From assembly GCF_009914755.1 (NCBI RefSeq), contig NC_060938.1: 64,000 bases of DNA, one strand, 5' to 3'. Below are positions 14,408 to 28,730 of this stretch, piece by piece (position 1 is the stretch's first letter; the number at the start of each line of letters is the position of its first letter). The position numbers and the translations under genes were made by a program. The DNA is from the human T2T-CHM13v2.0 reference genome, Homo sapiens. A model generated the notes under the pieces. The model was not told the origin of the DNA. It made no database searches and saw only the letters and a program-made list of their open reading frames with translations.

Positions 14408-14780
14408 TGTATTAGTCCATTCTTATGCAGCTATAAAGGACTGCCCAAGACTGAGTAATTTATGAAGGAAAGAGGTGTAATTGACTCACAGTTCTGCATG
14501 GCTATGGGTGCCTCAGGAAACTTAGAATCATGGCTGGAGGGGAAGCAAACACATCCTTCTTCATATAAGGGCAGGAAGGAGAAGTGCCAAGCAAAAGGTG
14601 CAAAACACCTTATAAAATAATCAGATCTTGTGAGAACTCACTATCATGAGAACAGCAGCATGGGGGTAATTTCCTCCATGATTCAATTACCTCCCACCTG
14701 GTCCCTCCTGTGACATATGGGGATTATGGGAACTACAATTCAAGATGAGATTTGGGTGGGGACACAGCCAAACCATATCA
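14408..14780 (-). mobile_element. THE1C/D MaLR solo LTR
   Basis: Complete element TGTATTAGTCC...GGGGACACAGCCAAACCATATCA, with GGGGAAGCAAACACATCCTTCTTCA diagnostic. 5-bp TSD ATGAA/GTGAA; inserted into the L2 tail. Confidence 0.92.
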
Positions 14781-14984
14781 GTGAATTAATAAAATTAAAC
14801 TATTTTTAAATGCAAGTTTGAAAATAATAAAAAAGGAGGCATTGATATATTCATAAATATGTTTGTGGTATGTATTTCAATCTCAAGAAAAGTGAAAATA
14901 AATGTAGAGATTGTATTTACACACATTTTTTCATGCAATATTTTAAAGGACAAATAGAATACTAACTTACTACCGTACTGGTTC

Positions 14985-15120
14985 ATTGTTGAAAATGCAA
15001 TATCCTAGTGGTGATAGTTGCATAAAGCTCTGAACATACTAAAAACCTTTGAATTGTATACTTTAAAAGGGTGAACTTCATAGTATGTGAAATATATCTC
15101 AATAGCACTGTTATTAAAAA
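14985..15120 (+). mobile_element. Old L1M (L1MB/MC-like) extreme 3' end
   Basis: GTGGTGATAGTTGCA..ACATACTAAAAACC..TGAATTGTATACTTTAAAAGGGTGAA..GTATGTGAAATATATCTCAATA. Confidence 0.75.
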
Positions 15121-15199
15121 TGCAATGTTCTCATGGAACAGAGCTTAAAGAGAAAGATATTCATCACTAACTTGCAATAGTTTATTCTCAATATTTTTG

Positions 15200-15848
15200 A
15201 TGCACCAAATAAAAAAAATCCAGACTTAGGCAAGGAGAGACTTTCTTCTAAAAGATTATTGCAATAGCAGGAAGAGACTATTGCTATGAGGAGAACACTT
15301 CTATCCAAAAAATCTGTAAGTGTTTCAAAGTTCAGGTAGAAAGGGCTCTTCTTTTACAGGGAAGAATAAACAAGGCTGGAAATAACCAGGTGTTGGAAGT
15401 AGGATGAGTAAGTGGCATGATAGGACAGTGGAGCAAAAGAAATAAATGTCTTCTTTGGCAGTAGCTAATTCCCCAAAGGGGCCATTAAAAGGGGGTTGTT
15501 CAGCACTCCAGTGCTTACTTAAACTAAGGACAGGCCAAATTTTAGGGATTTCAGGGAAGCAGAGAAGCCTGACTAAAGTTTGGTCAATTCAAATTAGCAA
15601 GCATTTGTCCATAGTGGTCAGTGGGGACAAGCAGTTTGTTTATGAGACAGATAATGAGAACTTGGAGAGTCTGTATCTGGCCTTGGTGTAGGTAAACAAG
15701 GGGGCATGCTTGAGTTTTATCTAACTCATCTGGGGAAGGTTGATTCTTTGCAGAAAACTGATCTCTGGAACACAAACAAGTTGGGAGATTTATTAACTGT
15801 ATCTGTTTTCTAGGAGGATTGGGCCTCATGTGAAGGTCAATGTTGTCT
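15200..15848 (-). mobile_element. ERV1 MER4-group solo LTR (MER90/MER92/MER31-like)
   Basis: The reverse complement contains TGACCAAACTTTAGTCAGGCTTCTCTG and CAAAGAATCAACCTTCCCC..GAGTTAGATAA, typical of this LTR group. Subfamily uncertain. Confidence 0.6.
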
Positions 15849-17367
15849 GTACTCTCTAATGAAAAGAATTCTTCCAAAAGATGTTTTTGGTTACATTCAT
15901 GAATACAATGGTCAGTGCAGACTGTCAAGTGGAACATAGCTCAGATCACATTAAACCAGTGAAATTTCTGCACCCCATACATAATGAATTGTGGATATCT
16001 GCAGCAGATGGGTAGGCTGAGGAGGAAGTTAATGTTTGTAGCACAAATATTTTCTATATTTGAAATTTTGTCACCTTATTGTAAAATATGCACGTTCACA
16101 AATTTACTATTGCTTTGGGAAGCATTACTGTGGGTATCCTGATAGAAGTGGTTAGAACATAGTTTTGGCAACAATTGTAGGCAGTATTAAATATTTTATG
16201 AGAAATACATTAGTATAAATCACCATTTAAAAAAGTGAAACATGAATCACCACCCAAATAATTGGACTTCAGTGCAAGAAATCCTGATTTATCTTCACTG
16301 TTGATACTGTGTATGTAAATGCCATTTCTCAGAAGCATAAAACTCTGAGTATAATATATTGGTTAGTGTAAGCAGTATAATATATATTTTTCAGACTGTG
16401 CTAGTTTCATTAATCATACAGTTTAAGAATTTTAAGCTTATTTTTTATGAGGCATTGCATTACATGTGGCATTGATATGCATGTGTAATTTATTACTTGG
16501 CAAGTGAATTATCCTAGACTATTTTATGTGCTTGATATATTGATTTTCAGTTGTGATAGATCATTTTAAGATTGCACGACTTTACTCATGGTGATTTATC
16601 CCACAGAATCACACAGACTGTGGGGCAAGCTGATACAGCCCCTTGAACACTTTCTATCAGCTATAAATAGAGTTGTTAACTGGAATTCTTAACCCCAGTA
16701 GGGAAACATATTTAGCAAGTTGAAAGAAATAACTTTCATCCAAGATCTAATTAGTTGTTGAAATAAGTGTCCATAAAAAGTAGTTTCAATATGTCTTTTT
16801 CTTTCATGTATTAATCTTGTAAACCCCCTTTTCTAATAAGTAATGAGATATACTGTCAAAGAATGATAAAGATGTCATCAGTTTGTTTAAAAGATCTGTC
16901 TTCTATGATTGCTGATTGTCTTTTTATCTTCATCAGCTCAAAGACATACATATGCATTGACTTGAATTATCATTACCACTTTTCCTTGTAGAAAATTTAC
17001 TTTGAACAGAACTCCATGGAAAAAAAATATGCAGTGCCAAAACACCAAATGCATGATGGACTCTTGTGAACATATTGCATAGAAGAACCAGATAAGTGAA
17101 AGGGAGTATTTTTAGAATTGTAGGAGTACTTTTGGAATACTTATTAGGATTTCTAATAAATAGTGCCAAGGTCACTCTGAAAAAATATATGTCATTTTGT
17201 CACTGGTCGTAAGGTACTTAAATCACATAAGCATAAGAAAGGATATCTGTGCATATAGAAGGGTTATTGTCACATACTAAGCATTTGATAAATGTTGTTG
17301 ACTACATTAAGGAAATACTCAGTGAGTTAAATTGGATTTGAAACTACATGTTCACTGTAACATAGTA

Positions 17368-17910
<543 letters not shown>

Positions 17911-20796
17911 ATTTCTTATTTTTTATGTTTATCACTTAATAAGTCTTTCTTCATGCATCTGACTTTGTTCACAAATGTGTTGGGTGACTTAATGAGAGCT
18001 AAAATAATAAAGGTGTGATTCTTTTTTGTTTAAATAGAATGGCTTGTACTAAAATGAAACAAAAGATTTCAGTTTTAATATGGTAACTTTAAAATAATTT
18101 TCAACACATTTGAATGTGAAAAAAACTGATTTTACTAGATAAGAAATATGATTTTTCTGTGCTGTGTATATAGAAGGAATGTATTTGAAGACAATGATCA
18201 AAAGGACAGTGTTTGTGAAAACAACAAACTATACGTTTTGAGATATGGGACTGACCTTCCATATGCCCAAAGCTGTAGAAAAACAGAATTTGACTCTCAT
18301 ATATCATAAATCTATAATTGAAGTAATAGCTATTTTTTTAAAAAAGAAGGAGTTGTAAATAAGCAGCCTAAAGCCACCTATAGAGAATTGCATTTAAAAC
18401 AAGGCAATAATTGAATCATTGGAACTCACAACTGTTGTTGCAAAAACTGCCACTAGATGTCATCCAGTTCTTATGCTGCCTCCTAACAAAAAGTATATTT
18501 TGTTAAAGAATATGATGTCTTTCAGAATTTAAATTCCAGACTCTTGATGGACATAGGTAATAAGGTATTGAGGTATATTAGGTACATTAGGATTTGATAG
18601 AACTACCTACCACTAAGATTGTATCTATTAGAGAACTAAACAACTATTTTGATCAAACTGACCTGTGATTTAGCCAAACTTAGATTTAATTAATTTGATA
18701 AGTCTGTTTTATGGCTTTGACAAATACTTGGCAGGCTTGTTGACTAATTTTGCCACTGAATATAGATTTAAAATACAGATATAGTCCTTGTTGTTCCATG
18801 TATTTATTCAACTTAGCTTCTTAGGAGTATTTTTGTATTAGTGTCATAGAAAGTCAATCCTTATTGGGTCTGTTCTGTGCTGTGACTTTAGCAGAGCCTA
18901 TTTTACAAGCAGGGCTATTTTGGACTCTACTTAAGAATATTATTACTGAAATAAGAAGGAACAAAAAACACCTAAAACATGTTCACAAACTGGAGAAAAA
19001 ATTCTAGCTTGTTTCCAAAATAATATTTTAAAGAGCTAGTTTGCATGCTTGCATTTAAAATGGGATGCTCAACTTTTATTTTGAAGTTGGTATATATTTC
19101 TTCACCAATAATATTTGGAGAAAATTAGCTAAAAGTACACTGGTCTGAAAGCTAGAAAACTTGTGTTAGTTACACAGTTTAGATGTCACTTCTACCTTCC
19201 TAGTTATGCCATAAATTGCACGGCCATTTATCCCATCTGAATTTTAATATTTCAATCTGTAACTGTTTGCATAAGGATCATATGTGATGATATACATTTA
19301 AAAGTTGTACAAATTTTACATTATTATGGATTTAGAAAGTTCTGTCTCATCCTGTAATTTTCACGTAAACAGTCCTGGAATCTCTCCAGGGATTATTGGA
19401 GGTGGGGGATTAGGGATGTGTGAGGAAGTGAAGGACAGGGAACACACTAATATTTCTCCTAACTACCTTTTTTCCTAGCCCTTCTCTTTTGGAATTAGTT
19501 CTATTTGTGGAACTTTTTTGCCCTGTGCTAAAAGTCAGCCCAATTTCTTTATTTTATGAATACCACCATTAGGTTGCATTTGCGACAGAATTTTCCTGAG
19601 GTAGAGTTTATATTGAAGAATCTCAAACTTAAAATTGAATATTAAACTTCCTTATTATCTATTGGGTACCCCACCACTGGCAATTTCTCCCTGACCACAT
19701 TTACCACCGGAGCCCTGCAGATTCCTGTATCTGGCCATGTTCCTCTCTCCCTCCCTCACTTGTCTGCTCCTATCTCAGACCTCCAACCTTTGTTCTTATT
19801 CTTTTAGGAGCAATATACATTTCTTCTGTTAGGTAGAGTCAATAAGCTGTCTTTAGATTCACTGCCTGTTTCCATGTCAGGTTGTTGAGATACACAGTTC
19901 TCACTTAAAGTGGCCTATCAAGATATTTTCTAAATAAAGATGGTTCCTACTCTGACTGGAACTCTTGAGGACGGCTTAAAAATTACATTCCATTCTTTTT
20001 TAAATTCACACAGTGTATGCTATGGTACTTATTGCACTAAAGCAATAAAACCAGTAGACTCAGTATCTACAAGTCTTACAGTACGAGAAATAAAGCCTTC
20101 AAATTTTCATGTCATGGGTACTGTTTTTTAACATTTTAAACTCAGATTCACAGAATTAAATTATTCTACTCTATTTCATGAAATGCTATTATATTGATTT
20201 GTATAAGTATAGTTTTTACATCCTTTTTTTAATTATTAGTTTACTTTGTTTCCTATCCCTATGTTCATGCCTTTTCTACCCTTATGGATTTAGTGAATAT
20301 CTATCACATATATATACATTTAACTACAGAACTGAAAATATATATTGCTGTTCCATGTTTCTATTTAATATGAGTATAAATGGCTTTATCCTGTAAATCC
20401 CATTCTCTTTCTGTTTTTAAATATCTATTTATTTCGGAATGTATCCTGGTTGTTATATGTAGATCCAGCACCAAGTGGTATATCATTCTGTAGCATCATC
20501 TTCTTCTGTGTCTGTATGAAATTAAGGTAAATGGAGCCTATTTCTTCTCTTTGTGAATAACTGATTTAAGTAATACATAGGAGTCTACATGAAAAGTGCT
20601 TAATCAATGGTAATTAATTACATGAGACTAATCTGAACATAATACATCTAGACTTTAATTCTAACATCTGTGATTACATATCTAAATACCATGTCTTCTG
20701 TTTCTTACTTTTGGAACTGAAATTGTAAATTCTACACTGAATAACATAATATAAAAAGATACAAAATTGTCTGAGAAATGCGATGTGCTCCAGATT

Positions 20797-20910
20797 AGTG
20801 ATTTCCAGATTTGGATATATATCTAACATATCTGGAGACCTTATAAAAATATTTAGTTTTCCATCACCCTACCTGTACTGATCAGAATCACTGAGAATGG
20901 CCTTCTGGAA

Positions 20911-20958
<48 letters not shown>

Positions 20959-21028
20959 CATATAGGCATATCTGGGCATTCACAGGCAATTCTGATAATT
21001 CTGAAGTAGCCATTTCTGAATACCGCTG
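20797..21028. mobile_element. MER5-type MITE remnant
   Basis: AGTGATTTCCAGA..ACCTGTACTGATCAGAATCACTG..CAGGCAATTCTGAT..TGAATACCGCTG resembles MER5A/B. Confidence 0.5.
20914..20955. repeat. (GT)21 perfect microsatellite
   Basis: Read directly from the sequence. Confidence 0.97.
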
Positions 21029-22643
21029 CTTAGAATACATGGTACTTCTGAGGTTGATCAGAAATGGATAGCCAGATCTTCCATAACTGTTCTATCATAG
21101 AAAGGGGCTAAATTCAATGGTATTCACGTTGTCATATATTGTTTGGAGACTGAAAACATTATTCGTTGGGTAAGCATTTCAAGTAAAAATCAAAAAAAGT
21201 AACAGTGATAGTTATTACATAGCTCCTCAGATTATTGATTCTCATTGTTAATATTAGCTAAAATTTAAAAACTTTAACCACATCTTGAATTTATTCTTTT
21301 TCTAATAATTTCTAGGTCTGAGTGTTTTGGTCTCTCTCTGCATCGGGTATTGATGAGTAAAAACATTTTTCAATATTATTTTAGATCAATTAGCTTAGGG
21401 GTATTTCATTTCACATCACTTACATTAATGTATTAGATTTCTAATTCTTTAGCTACTTATTGTAACTTTATTGCATGCATGTGGATATTTATTGGTAAAA
21501 GTAAAAGCTATAAGGATGTGGTTAAAATTCCCTATATCAGAGTTTATGTGCTAGTCTGAAGATCATAAATATGCTCAAAATTCTTCTCAACACCTGTTCA
21601 CTAACAAGATGAGTGTTTGGTCAATTCAGATAAATCCAAAGCAAACTCTTGAGTAGATACGTACTTATTGATTATAAAGAAGAAAATGGGTGACAGGTTT
21701 ACAAATCACTGGTAGTTAAACATGCTGGCCTCAGCTATTTGGAAGGGAATGATTACTAGACATTTTACTTGCTGCTTGCAATTGTACCACAACCATTTTT
21801 AGAGCCAAAATTTGATGAGGCCCTATGAATATATAAATTCTAATCTAGCCAGAACTGATTATTATGGATTCATGCCAGACTTTTTTCTTTAACCAGTAGC
21901 TGGAAGATTTCTAAAAATAGGAGCAGAAAAAATATTTTCTAAACACAAGTTGTTCAGATATTGCATACATATTTCACTGAAGAAAAATTATAGATATTAA
22001 TTAACAAATGGTGCCTTGCATTCTTTGGCGAAAATAGACTTCACTTATTAAATGGTGACAAGTGATTCTGGAAGGGGTTACATTGAGGTTATATTTCCTA
22101 AAGATGTGGTTGGTAGCTTTTATTTTTTCTTTTCTATTAAGCTATCAGCTACCCAAGGCTTTTAAAACCCCATAGGTTTGATAAGACCAATTGAAAAGGT
22201 ATGAACAAAGTTTAAACACTACTCTGTTTCAACAAAAAAGGATTAATTAAATTCAGTTTGTGAAGCTTCCACTGCTTGTATCAAGACTTCAGTGGTTTAA
22301 AACTGCTAAAAGAGGAAAAGTATGCAAAAGGAAAAAATGTACCATGTTTTTCTTCAAATGGAAAGAAATAGAAATGAAAGATGAACAAGGGGCATATGAT
22401 TACACATGTTCTACAACCAACTGGCTATACAAGGGAGTCCAGGTAGCCAGAAGATTCAGGGCACTAAAATGCTGCTTGCCTTTTGGTATTTGGGGCAGTA
22501 TATTTATCTTCTTAGGGAAAAAAATTGATAATATTATCCTGGTTATGTAATCCTTATTTAGCCTTAGCTCAATGTCATTTTACTTGAGTCTAAGGACTGC
22601 GAATGGCCTCCAAGCTTAGACAGATAGAAAAACAGAAATCTAG

Positions 22644-23008
22644 TGTATTAATCCATTTTCATGTTGCTGATAAAGACATACATAAGACTGGCCATTTTAC
22701 AAAAGGGAGAGGTTTAATGGGACTTATAGTTCCACATGCCTGGGGAGGCCTCACAATCATAGCAGAAGGCAAGGAGGAGCAAGTCACATTTTACATGGAT
22801 GGCAGGCAAAAAGAGAGCTTGTGCAGGGAAACTCATTGTTAAAACCATCAGATCTTGTGAGACTCTTTCACTATCATGAGAACAGCACAGGAAAGACCTG
22901 CCCCCATAATTCAATCACCTCCCACCAGGCTCCTCCCACAACACGTGGGAATTGTGGGAGTTACAATTCAAGACGAGATTTGGGTGGGAGCACAGCCAAA
23001 CCATATCA
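22644..23008 (-). mobile_element. THE1B MaLR solo LTR
   Basis: TGTATTAATCC...CAAACCATATCA termini, with GAAGGCAAGGAGGAGCAAGTCAC diagnostic. 5-bp TSD TCTAG/CCTAG. Confidence 0.93.
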
Positions 23009-23562
23009 CCTAGAAAAAAACTACTTGTAAAGAATAGCAGATCTTGGCTCAATTAAGTATTGGGAATGACTAAAAAGAGTTTATTAAATCACAAAAACTG
23101 AAAAATTTTATGCATTAATAAGTAAAATTCTGTATGCATAAACTTTTAAGCAAGTCTCATTCATCAATTTTTATTTATAATTTTTTTGTCAAATGAGAGA
23201 TTCATATTATAAGCATAAGAAAAAAATCCAGGCATGTAGTTTTCCATATAGAAACTTTTCTTAAAATTGTGTCTTTTGCGTGGCCTATAACTTTCTGTGT
23301 TTTATTCCTGGTACTGAAGATTCATAATGTCCTATGTGTTGATATTTTATAAAGTATCTTTTTCAAGAAAGACTAACATGTTAACAGTAATAATAATAAC
23401 TACAGCAACAACAAAGGTAATGTTTTAAAAAGCATTTTACCTTTTTTTTAAATGAGAGAAAAGGGGATATATTAAGAGATTATTGAAAATATAAACATCA
23501 TAAACTGTATTAATGCCTACTGCTGATTAGCCAGTTGGAAGACAAAGCAATTGTATAATCAT

Positions 23563-23633
23563 AACATATGTGTATTGACATCTGTAGATTAAATGTGGAT
23601 AAACATATGTGTATTGACATTTGTGGATTAAAT
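23563..23633. repeat. Tandem duplication, period 39 bp
   Basis: AACATATGTGTATTGACAT(C/T)TGT(A/G)GATTAAAT occurs at 23563 and 23602 (30/32 identical). Confidence 0.9.
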
Positions 23634-24099
23634 TTGTGATTTTACCTTTGTAAGAGGAAAACATGCCAATACCTAGGATTGGATAAGAAGTCTCAGACAG
23701 TACCAGTAGAAAACACCAGAAAATATATTTAAAATGTAATATGCATAAATTGAATTTTTACCTTTCCTTACCAGAAATAAATGAATTTCCTATTCTTACA
23801 TGCTAATTCATGTTATGTATTTTATCCCTATTTATATTTTCTGCTACCAGCAATAATGTTTGATGAGAACTGTTTCTCAAACATTCCCAAGGGAAGATAG
23901 TATTGATAACATTTGCTTTTAGCATCCAGGTACACTTTTCTAGTAATAAAGGCCCATTAATGCTTTTCTCAAAGAAAATTTATTTTCTAATTAGCCACAT
24001 TTTTTTCTCATCAACTCTCCTAAATCAAAAGTCTTTATGCAAATGATGTAATTTTTTAACAGCAACATAGACTCAGATGAAATGTCACTGATAACCAAG

Positions 24100-24340
24100 A
24101 AGCATATGGCACAATCTTTGGAATCAGAGCAAACAGTGACAAACTCTCAGCTCTGCCATTTAAAAGACAAGTGATCTTGGAAAATTCCATTAGTCCTCCT
24201 GAACCATAGTTTCATTATTTCTACATTGGAGATCTTTATTGCATAGTATTGATACAATTAGATGAAAAAACACATATAACATCTATAATGTAATTCCTGG
24301 CATTCAATTATATCTCAATGTTAGCTATTGCTATTATTAT
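24100..24340 (+). mobile_element. MIR SINE
   Basis: CTTTGGAATCAGA..CAGCTCTGCCATTTA..GTGATCTTGG..CTGAACCATAGTTTC..AATGTTAGCTATT. Confidence 0.7.
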
Positions 24341-24369
24341 AATTTTAAAATTATTTAATCCACTGACTA

Positions 24370-24936
24370 TGACTGAAACAACTTTAACATTGCCCTCAGC
24401 TTGAGTAAACTATAGACAGGCTTCTTCCTGACTCTAGGCCCCTTACTCACCATTTCTTAGAGCATTTATTTTAGAAAACTTGTCATTTTAATGTCTTTAT
24501 TTGCCCCTTTGTGATGTAATTTTTTAAAAATGTCTCTTGTCAGTTATATAATCCTTATGTTTCTCAGAGACCCCCACCCAGGCCCATCCCCTCTGAAATG
24601 TAGTTATCAAGGAATATAGGCTTCAGATCTCCCAGTTTCTGTAGGAAGTAGTAGATACCCACCTACCTAACTTCGGTGTGTATCTTGTAGTTGTAAAACT
24701 ACTTCCCCATGATGAAGATAAGATAAAGTTTACTTTCTTTTTTGGTAAAGGGAACTAGCAAACACAGATGGTCTACGATCCCCCACTTCTCCTCTTAAAA
24801 ACTCTCCTTCCCTTTACTTCAGCAGAGCTGATTTTCCTGGCTTCCTCTGTGCTCTCCCTCCTATTGCTGACAATAGTGTTAGAGGAATATCAACTTCTAT
24901 TTGCTCATCGGTCCCAGTGCAACTTTTCTTTTAATA
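24370..24936 (+). mobile_element. ERV1 MER4-group solo LTR (MER67/MER89-like)
   Basis: TGACTGAAACAACTTTAAC..CTCAGCTTGAGTAAAC..AGACAGGCTTCTTCCTGACTCTAGGCCCC..TTCTTAGAGCATTTA..AGCAAACACAGATGG. Possible 4-bp TSD ACTA/CCTA. Confidence 0.7.
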
Positions 24937-26239
24937 CCTAAGGCATAGTTAGCACACCATATATGGCAATACTTGGTGTTGTTTCTTATATCATTAGAAT
25001 AGTGATATGAAGTATCACTTTTCCTCTTTATTTTCGCCTCAGCATTATATACTGTTACATTCTACAATGAACGCATTAAAATACATGCAAAACTTTAGAG
25101 AACAAGAATGCAACATGTTACACACATCATGACAATTTAAGAATAATCGGTCTACATCGGAGGAAGTATTCAAAAATAAAATTAAAATAGTAATCAATTA
25201 CTAGGTCATGATTTGGAAACTAATGAGGTTGGCTTAAAGCCTACTACTGATTAGCCAGTGAGGACATTTTAAGAGGGAAGCGAAATTACAGTTAAAAAAA
25301 GAGGATATATTCTGAAATTAGGGTATCCATATACACATGGGTTATTATGATAAATGGTACATTTAGATCAAAAATGGCTCAGTTAGAATTATAGCAGGTT
25401 TAAAACTTATATAAATACCTTGATGTGGAAAATGTGTTATTCAAAGTGCAGTTTGGAGCTACAAATATTCCATGTGTGCTGGGATTTTGCTTTTATGCCC
25501 CTTCATGGAAAATTACATTCTGAGAGAATCAAAGCAGTCTACTCATACCAAGGTATTATTACTATATGTATTACAAAAAAGTTGTTGTACATCTTTATTC
25601 CAAGACACCAATAATAAATGGATAAAAGTACTGTTATAAAACTAATAATTATTTATGACATATTTGCAGTTGGTTTAAAAATATCCATTACCTAATATAG
25701 AAATGGTGGTCACAGGTGAATGTAGGAGGATACAAAGAACTAGTTAAGAGATAGTGTCCCCTGATTTATCTTTACCAACTACTGGTAGTTTCCCAATCTA
25801 GATTTGAATTACAACAATAGAAAGATACAGACAAAGTGGGGAGATGTCTAACCTGTCAAATAAAAGATAAAAGTAATAGCGAAGGAATCCATTTTTAAAG
25901 CCAGGCAAGAGTCAAGAAGCAGAAGCACTCTCTGTTTCCCAGCTGAAGAATGGCTAGCAAGACCCTGCTTTTGCCCACAAGAGACTCTCGTCTTATGATT
26001 TGAGTTCTCTGTTAGCACACATAGCAGATTTGGGAGGAGGAGAAAGGGGCAGAGAGAGAGAGAGAACAGAGCTAAGCAATGACAAGGGAGAAAAATCATG
26101 TCATAAGCACAAGGGGCAAGAAAGGTTTGGATCAAGTTTTGAATATGAAATAATGATATTGGTTATTTTGTGAGTCTAGTGATTTTTTTCTGAGGTAGTT
26201 ACAAAAATGTTTTAAGAAATGGTAGCACAAATGAATCAT

Positions 26240-26445
26240 GTTGTTTCTCCTCTGGGCCTTTCTTTATGTTTTTTTTCTTGAAATTCTCCTCATCCCACCC
26301 ACAATTTGGCCGGCTAACCCTGATGCATGCTTTAGCTTTCAGCTTTAGAACTCATTTCCATTAGGAAGCCTTCCTGTGGCTCTAAGACTTGGCTGATGTT
26401 CCCTTATGTATCTCCGTAGTTACTTCACTTAATATGTATCACCAT
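26240..26445 (+). mobile_element. L2 fragment
   Basis: CTCTGGGCCTTT..TTCTTGAAATTCTC..CATTTCCATTAGGAAGCCTTCCTG. Confidence 0.5.
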
Positions 26446-26459
26446 AATTCTCTTCTCAG

Positions 26460-26725
26460 AAAGTTTATTCAGTCAGGCTGTTAGGATCAACAGCTATAGG
26501 AGAAAGGAAGGATGCCAGATTGGGAAGAAGAGAGGGACTATGGTGCCGTCACAACAAGGTCAGTGAGCCCTTGAGAGTTGTGCTGAGTTGAGGTGAGGGT
26601 GTCAGGCTTCTACACACCTGTTAGCTATCAGCTGATCAGCTATCAGCCCTCCAAAAACCAACCCAGCTCATGGAGGAATAACTCCCTCAGCCTTGAAAGG
26701 GGATCTGATTGACAGAGTTCATAAC
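26460..26725 (-). mobile_element. LTR16A-like ERVL LTR fragment
   Basis: AAGTTTATT..GGATCAACA..GGAAGGATGCCAGATTGGG..GCCCTTGAGAGTTGTGCTGAGTTGAGG..GAAAGGGGATCTG. Confidence 0.6.
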
Positions 26726-27248
26726 ACTTACTCTAGATCAACTTTATATTTTCCACTCTCTAGCTCAAACTCAGTAAGGCTCAAATACAGGTAATCTATT
26801 AGTATTTATTTGTTAGGCAAGGCTTTCTAGTTAAATGCAATCTCATCATGTTTAGCAGAAGTATTACAGAAGGTTTATTTCAGCCTTGAATTCCATCTAC
26901 CCCAATTCATTTTGAAGTTAGAAAGTGTAGTGTTAAGGTAAAATGAAAATAGGAAAATAAGAAAAAAGAAAATCACGAAGAATAAAGACCAAAAAAGGAA
27001 AAAAAAAATAAAAGAAACCAATGCCTTAAGGCTTTTTGACAGTGTAAGTAAAGCTCCTTCGTTGATACCCAAGACCAAATATGCCTTTCATAGCCCAAGC
27101 TCAAGAAAGGAAAACTTTCTGCTTCATATATAACAGAACAAGCAAGTTTGGTTTTTAATGTGTATTCTGATACTTCAGGGAAAGCTGCAATAAGAGAAGA
27201 AGGCAGCGCAGCAGGCTTCTACTGTATCCCTTAGGATAGCCTTCGTCA

Positions 27249-27719
27249 GAAACTCAAACTTTTTGGTTTCAGAATACTTTTATACTCTGGAAAGTTATTA
27301 ATGACCTCAAAAAGCTTTTGCTTTTGTGTGTTTCATCATTGACATTTATCATGTTAAAAATTGAAACACGTTTTTAAAGTATTTGTTTACTTAAAATTAA
27401 CAGTTATAAATCCATTGTGTTAACATAAATAAGCTGTTTAAGTAATAATTACTATATTTTCTAAAACAAAAAATATTTAAAAGAATGGCATTAAAAAAAT
27501 TTTGGGCAATATCTTTAATGTCTGGCTTAACAGATGGCAACTAGACTCTCACCTTTACTTTTGCTTTCAATCTTCTGCGACATTTTGTTTTGGCCGATGA
27601 ACAAGAAGAAAATCCAAATTCACACAGATTTATAGTTGTAAAGGGAAAATTTTATGAAGCTTCCAAAAAAGTTTTGGAGACACCTAAGAGGTTCTCAGAC
27701 CACTCTTTGAGAACTTCTG
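27249..27719. mobile_element. Charlie1b-like hAT DNA transposon
   Basis: CTCAAACTTTTTGGTTTCAG..AAAGCTTTTG..TAACATAAATAA..CTTTAATGTCTGGCTTAA..CACACAGAT..AGACCACTCTTTGAGAACTTCTG. Confidence 0.8.
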
Positions 27720-27759
27720 AGCAAGACTATCCTAGAGTCCTCAAATCTCAATAGTTTAC

Positions 27760-28085
27760 AAAAATGCCAGCTAAGTCTCAGAGACTTATTACAACAAAGG
27801 TTTGTTTGCATCTTGCTCTCACTGCGTTTCATGTGGATCAGCTGGGGTTTTTACTCCATGGTGCCCTCACTCGGCGACACAGGCTGCCTGAGCAGCCACT
27901 GTCTGGGTCTTGCCCCTCACTGGAGAAGAGCAAAAGGATCACAGTGATAAATGGGCTAGTTCTAAAAGGTTCTGCTGGGAAGTCACCTCACTGGTTTCAC
28001 ACTTCATTAGCCAGAGCAACTACTTCAAAGAGGTGACAAGCAGTGCCTCCTTCAGGGAGGGGCACTGGAGATAGGTAAAAAGAAT
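27760..28085 (-). mobile_element. MLT1 (H/I/J-like) MaLR LTR fragment
   Basis: ACAACAAAGGTTT..CCTCACTC..CAGGCTG..GAGCAGCCAC..TTCTGCTGGGAAGT..TTCATTAGCCAGAGCAA. Confidence 0.6.
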
Positions 28086-28730
28086 TCAGTTTATCATATG
28101 CATACCTACGGATGACCAAAAGATGCTTGTGAAAATGTACTCCAGACTATCTTTTGATAAAACTAATATGTCAAAAGAAAATAATTATTAAATAGTTATA
28201 ACATTATGTTAAGTTGGATGTGATCTAGGTTTTGTGTTTTTCTGCTTTAGCAAGATATAAACTTCAAAAATTAGCAGGCAAGCATATGTTTTTTAGCCTA
28301 TGATATATCTAATTATTTCTTTTTAAAATTAAGTAGGAGTTCTTGATAAGAAATGTGGTCTTGTGAGAAAATAAAACCTGACATAATTTAAGCTAACAAT
28401 GTTATAATAAAAATGACAACATTTGCAAGCATTTACTAAGTACTTATTGTGTATTCCTGTATTATGTTAAGGGGTTTTCGTATTACCTAGATGAATTCCT
28501 AGATGGATTCTTGTATGTACTCAGTCATTGAAATTATGATATATAGCACAGTAAATATGAATAAATGTTTTGAAGACAGTTAAAATGATTTGGATAAAAG
28601 AAGAGTTGGTCATACTCATTTGTTCAACCGAGAAATAAATCCTATTATAGATGCTAATGATTTTAAAATGAAATGATTTTTATTTCTTTGGAAAATAGTA
28701 GTCCTTTCATGCAATGATTTATTTTATCAC

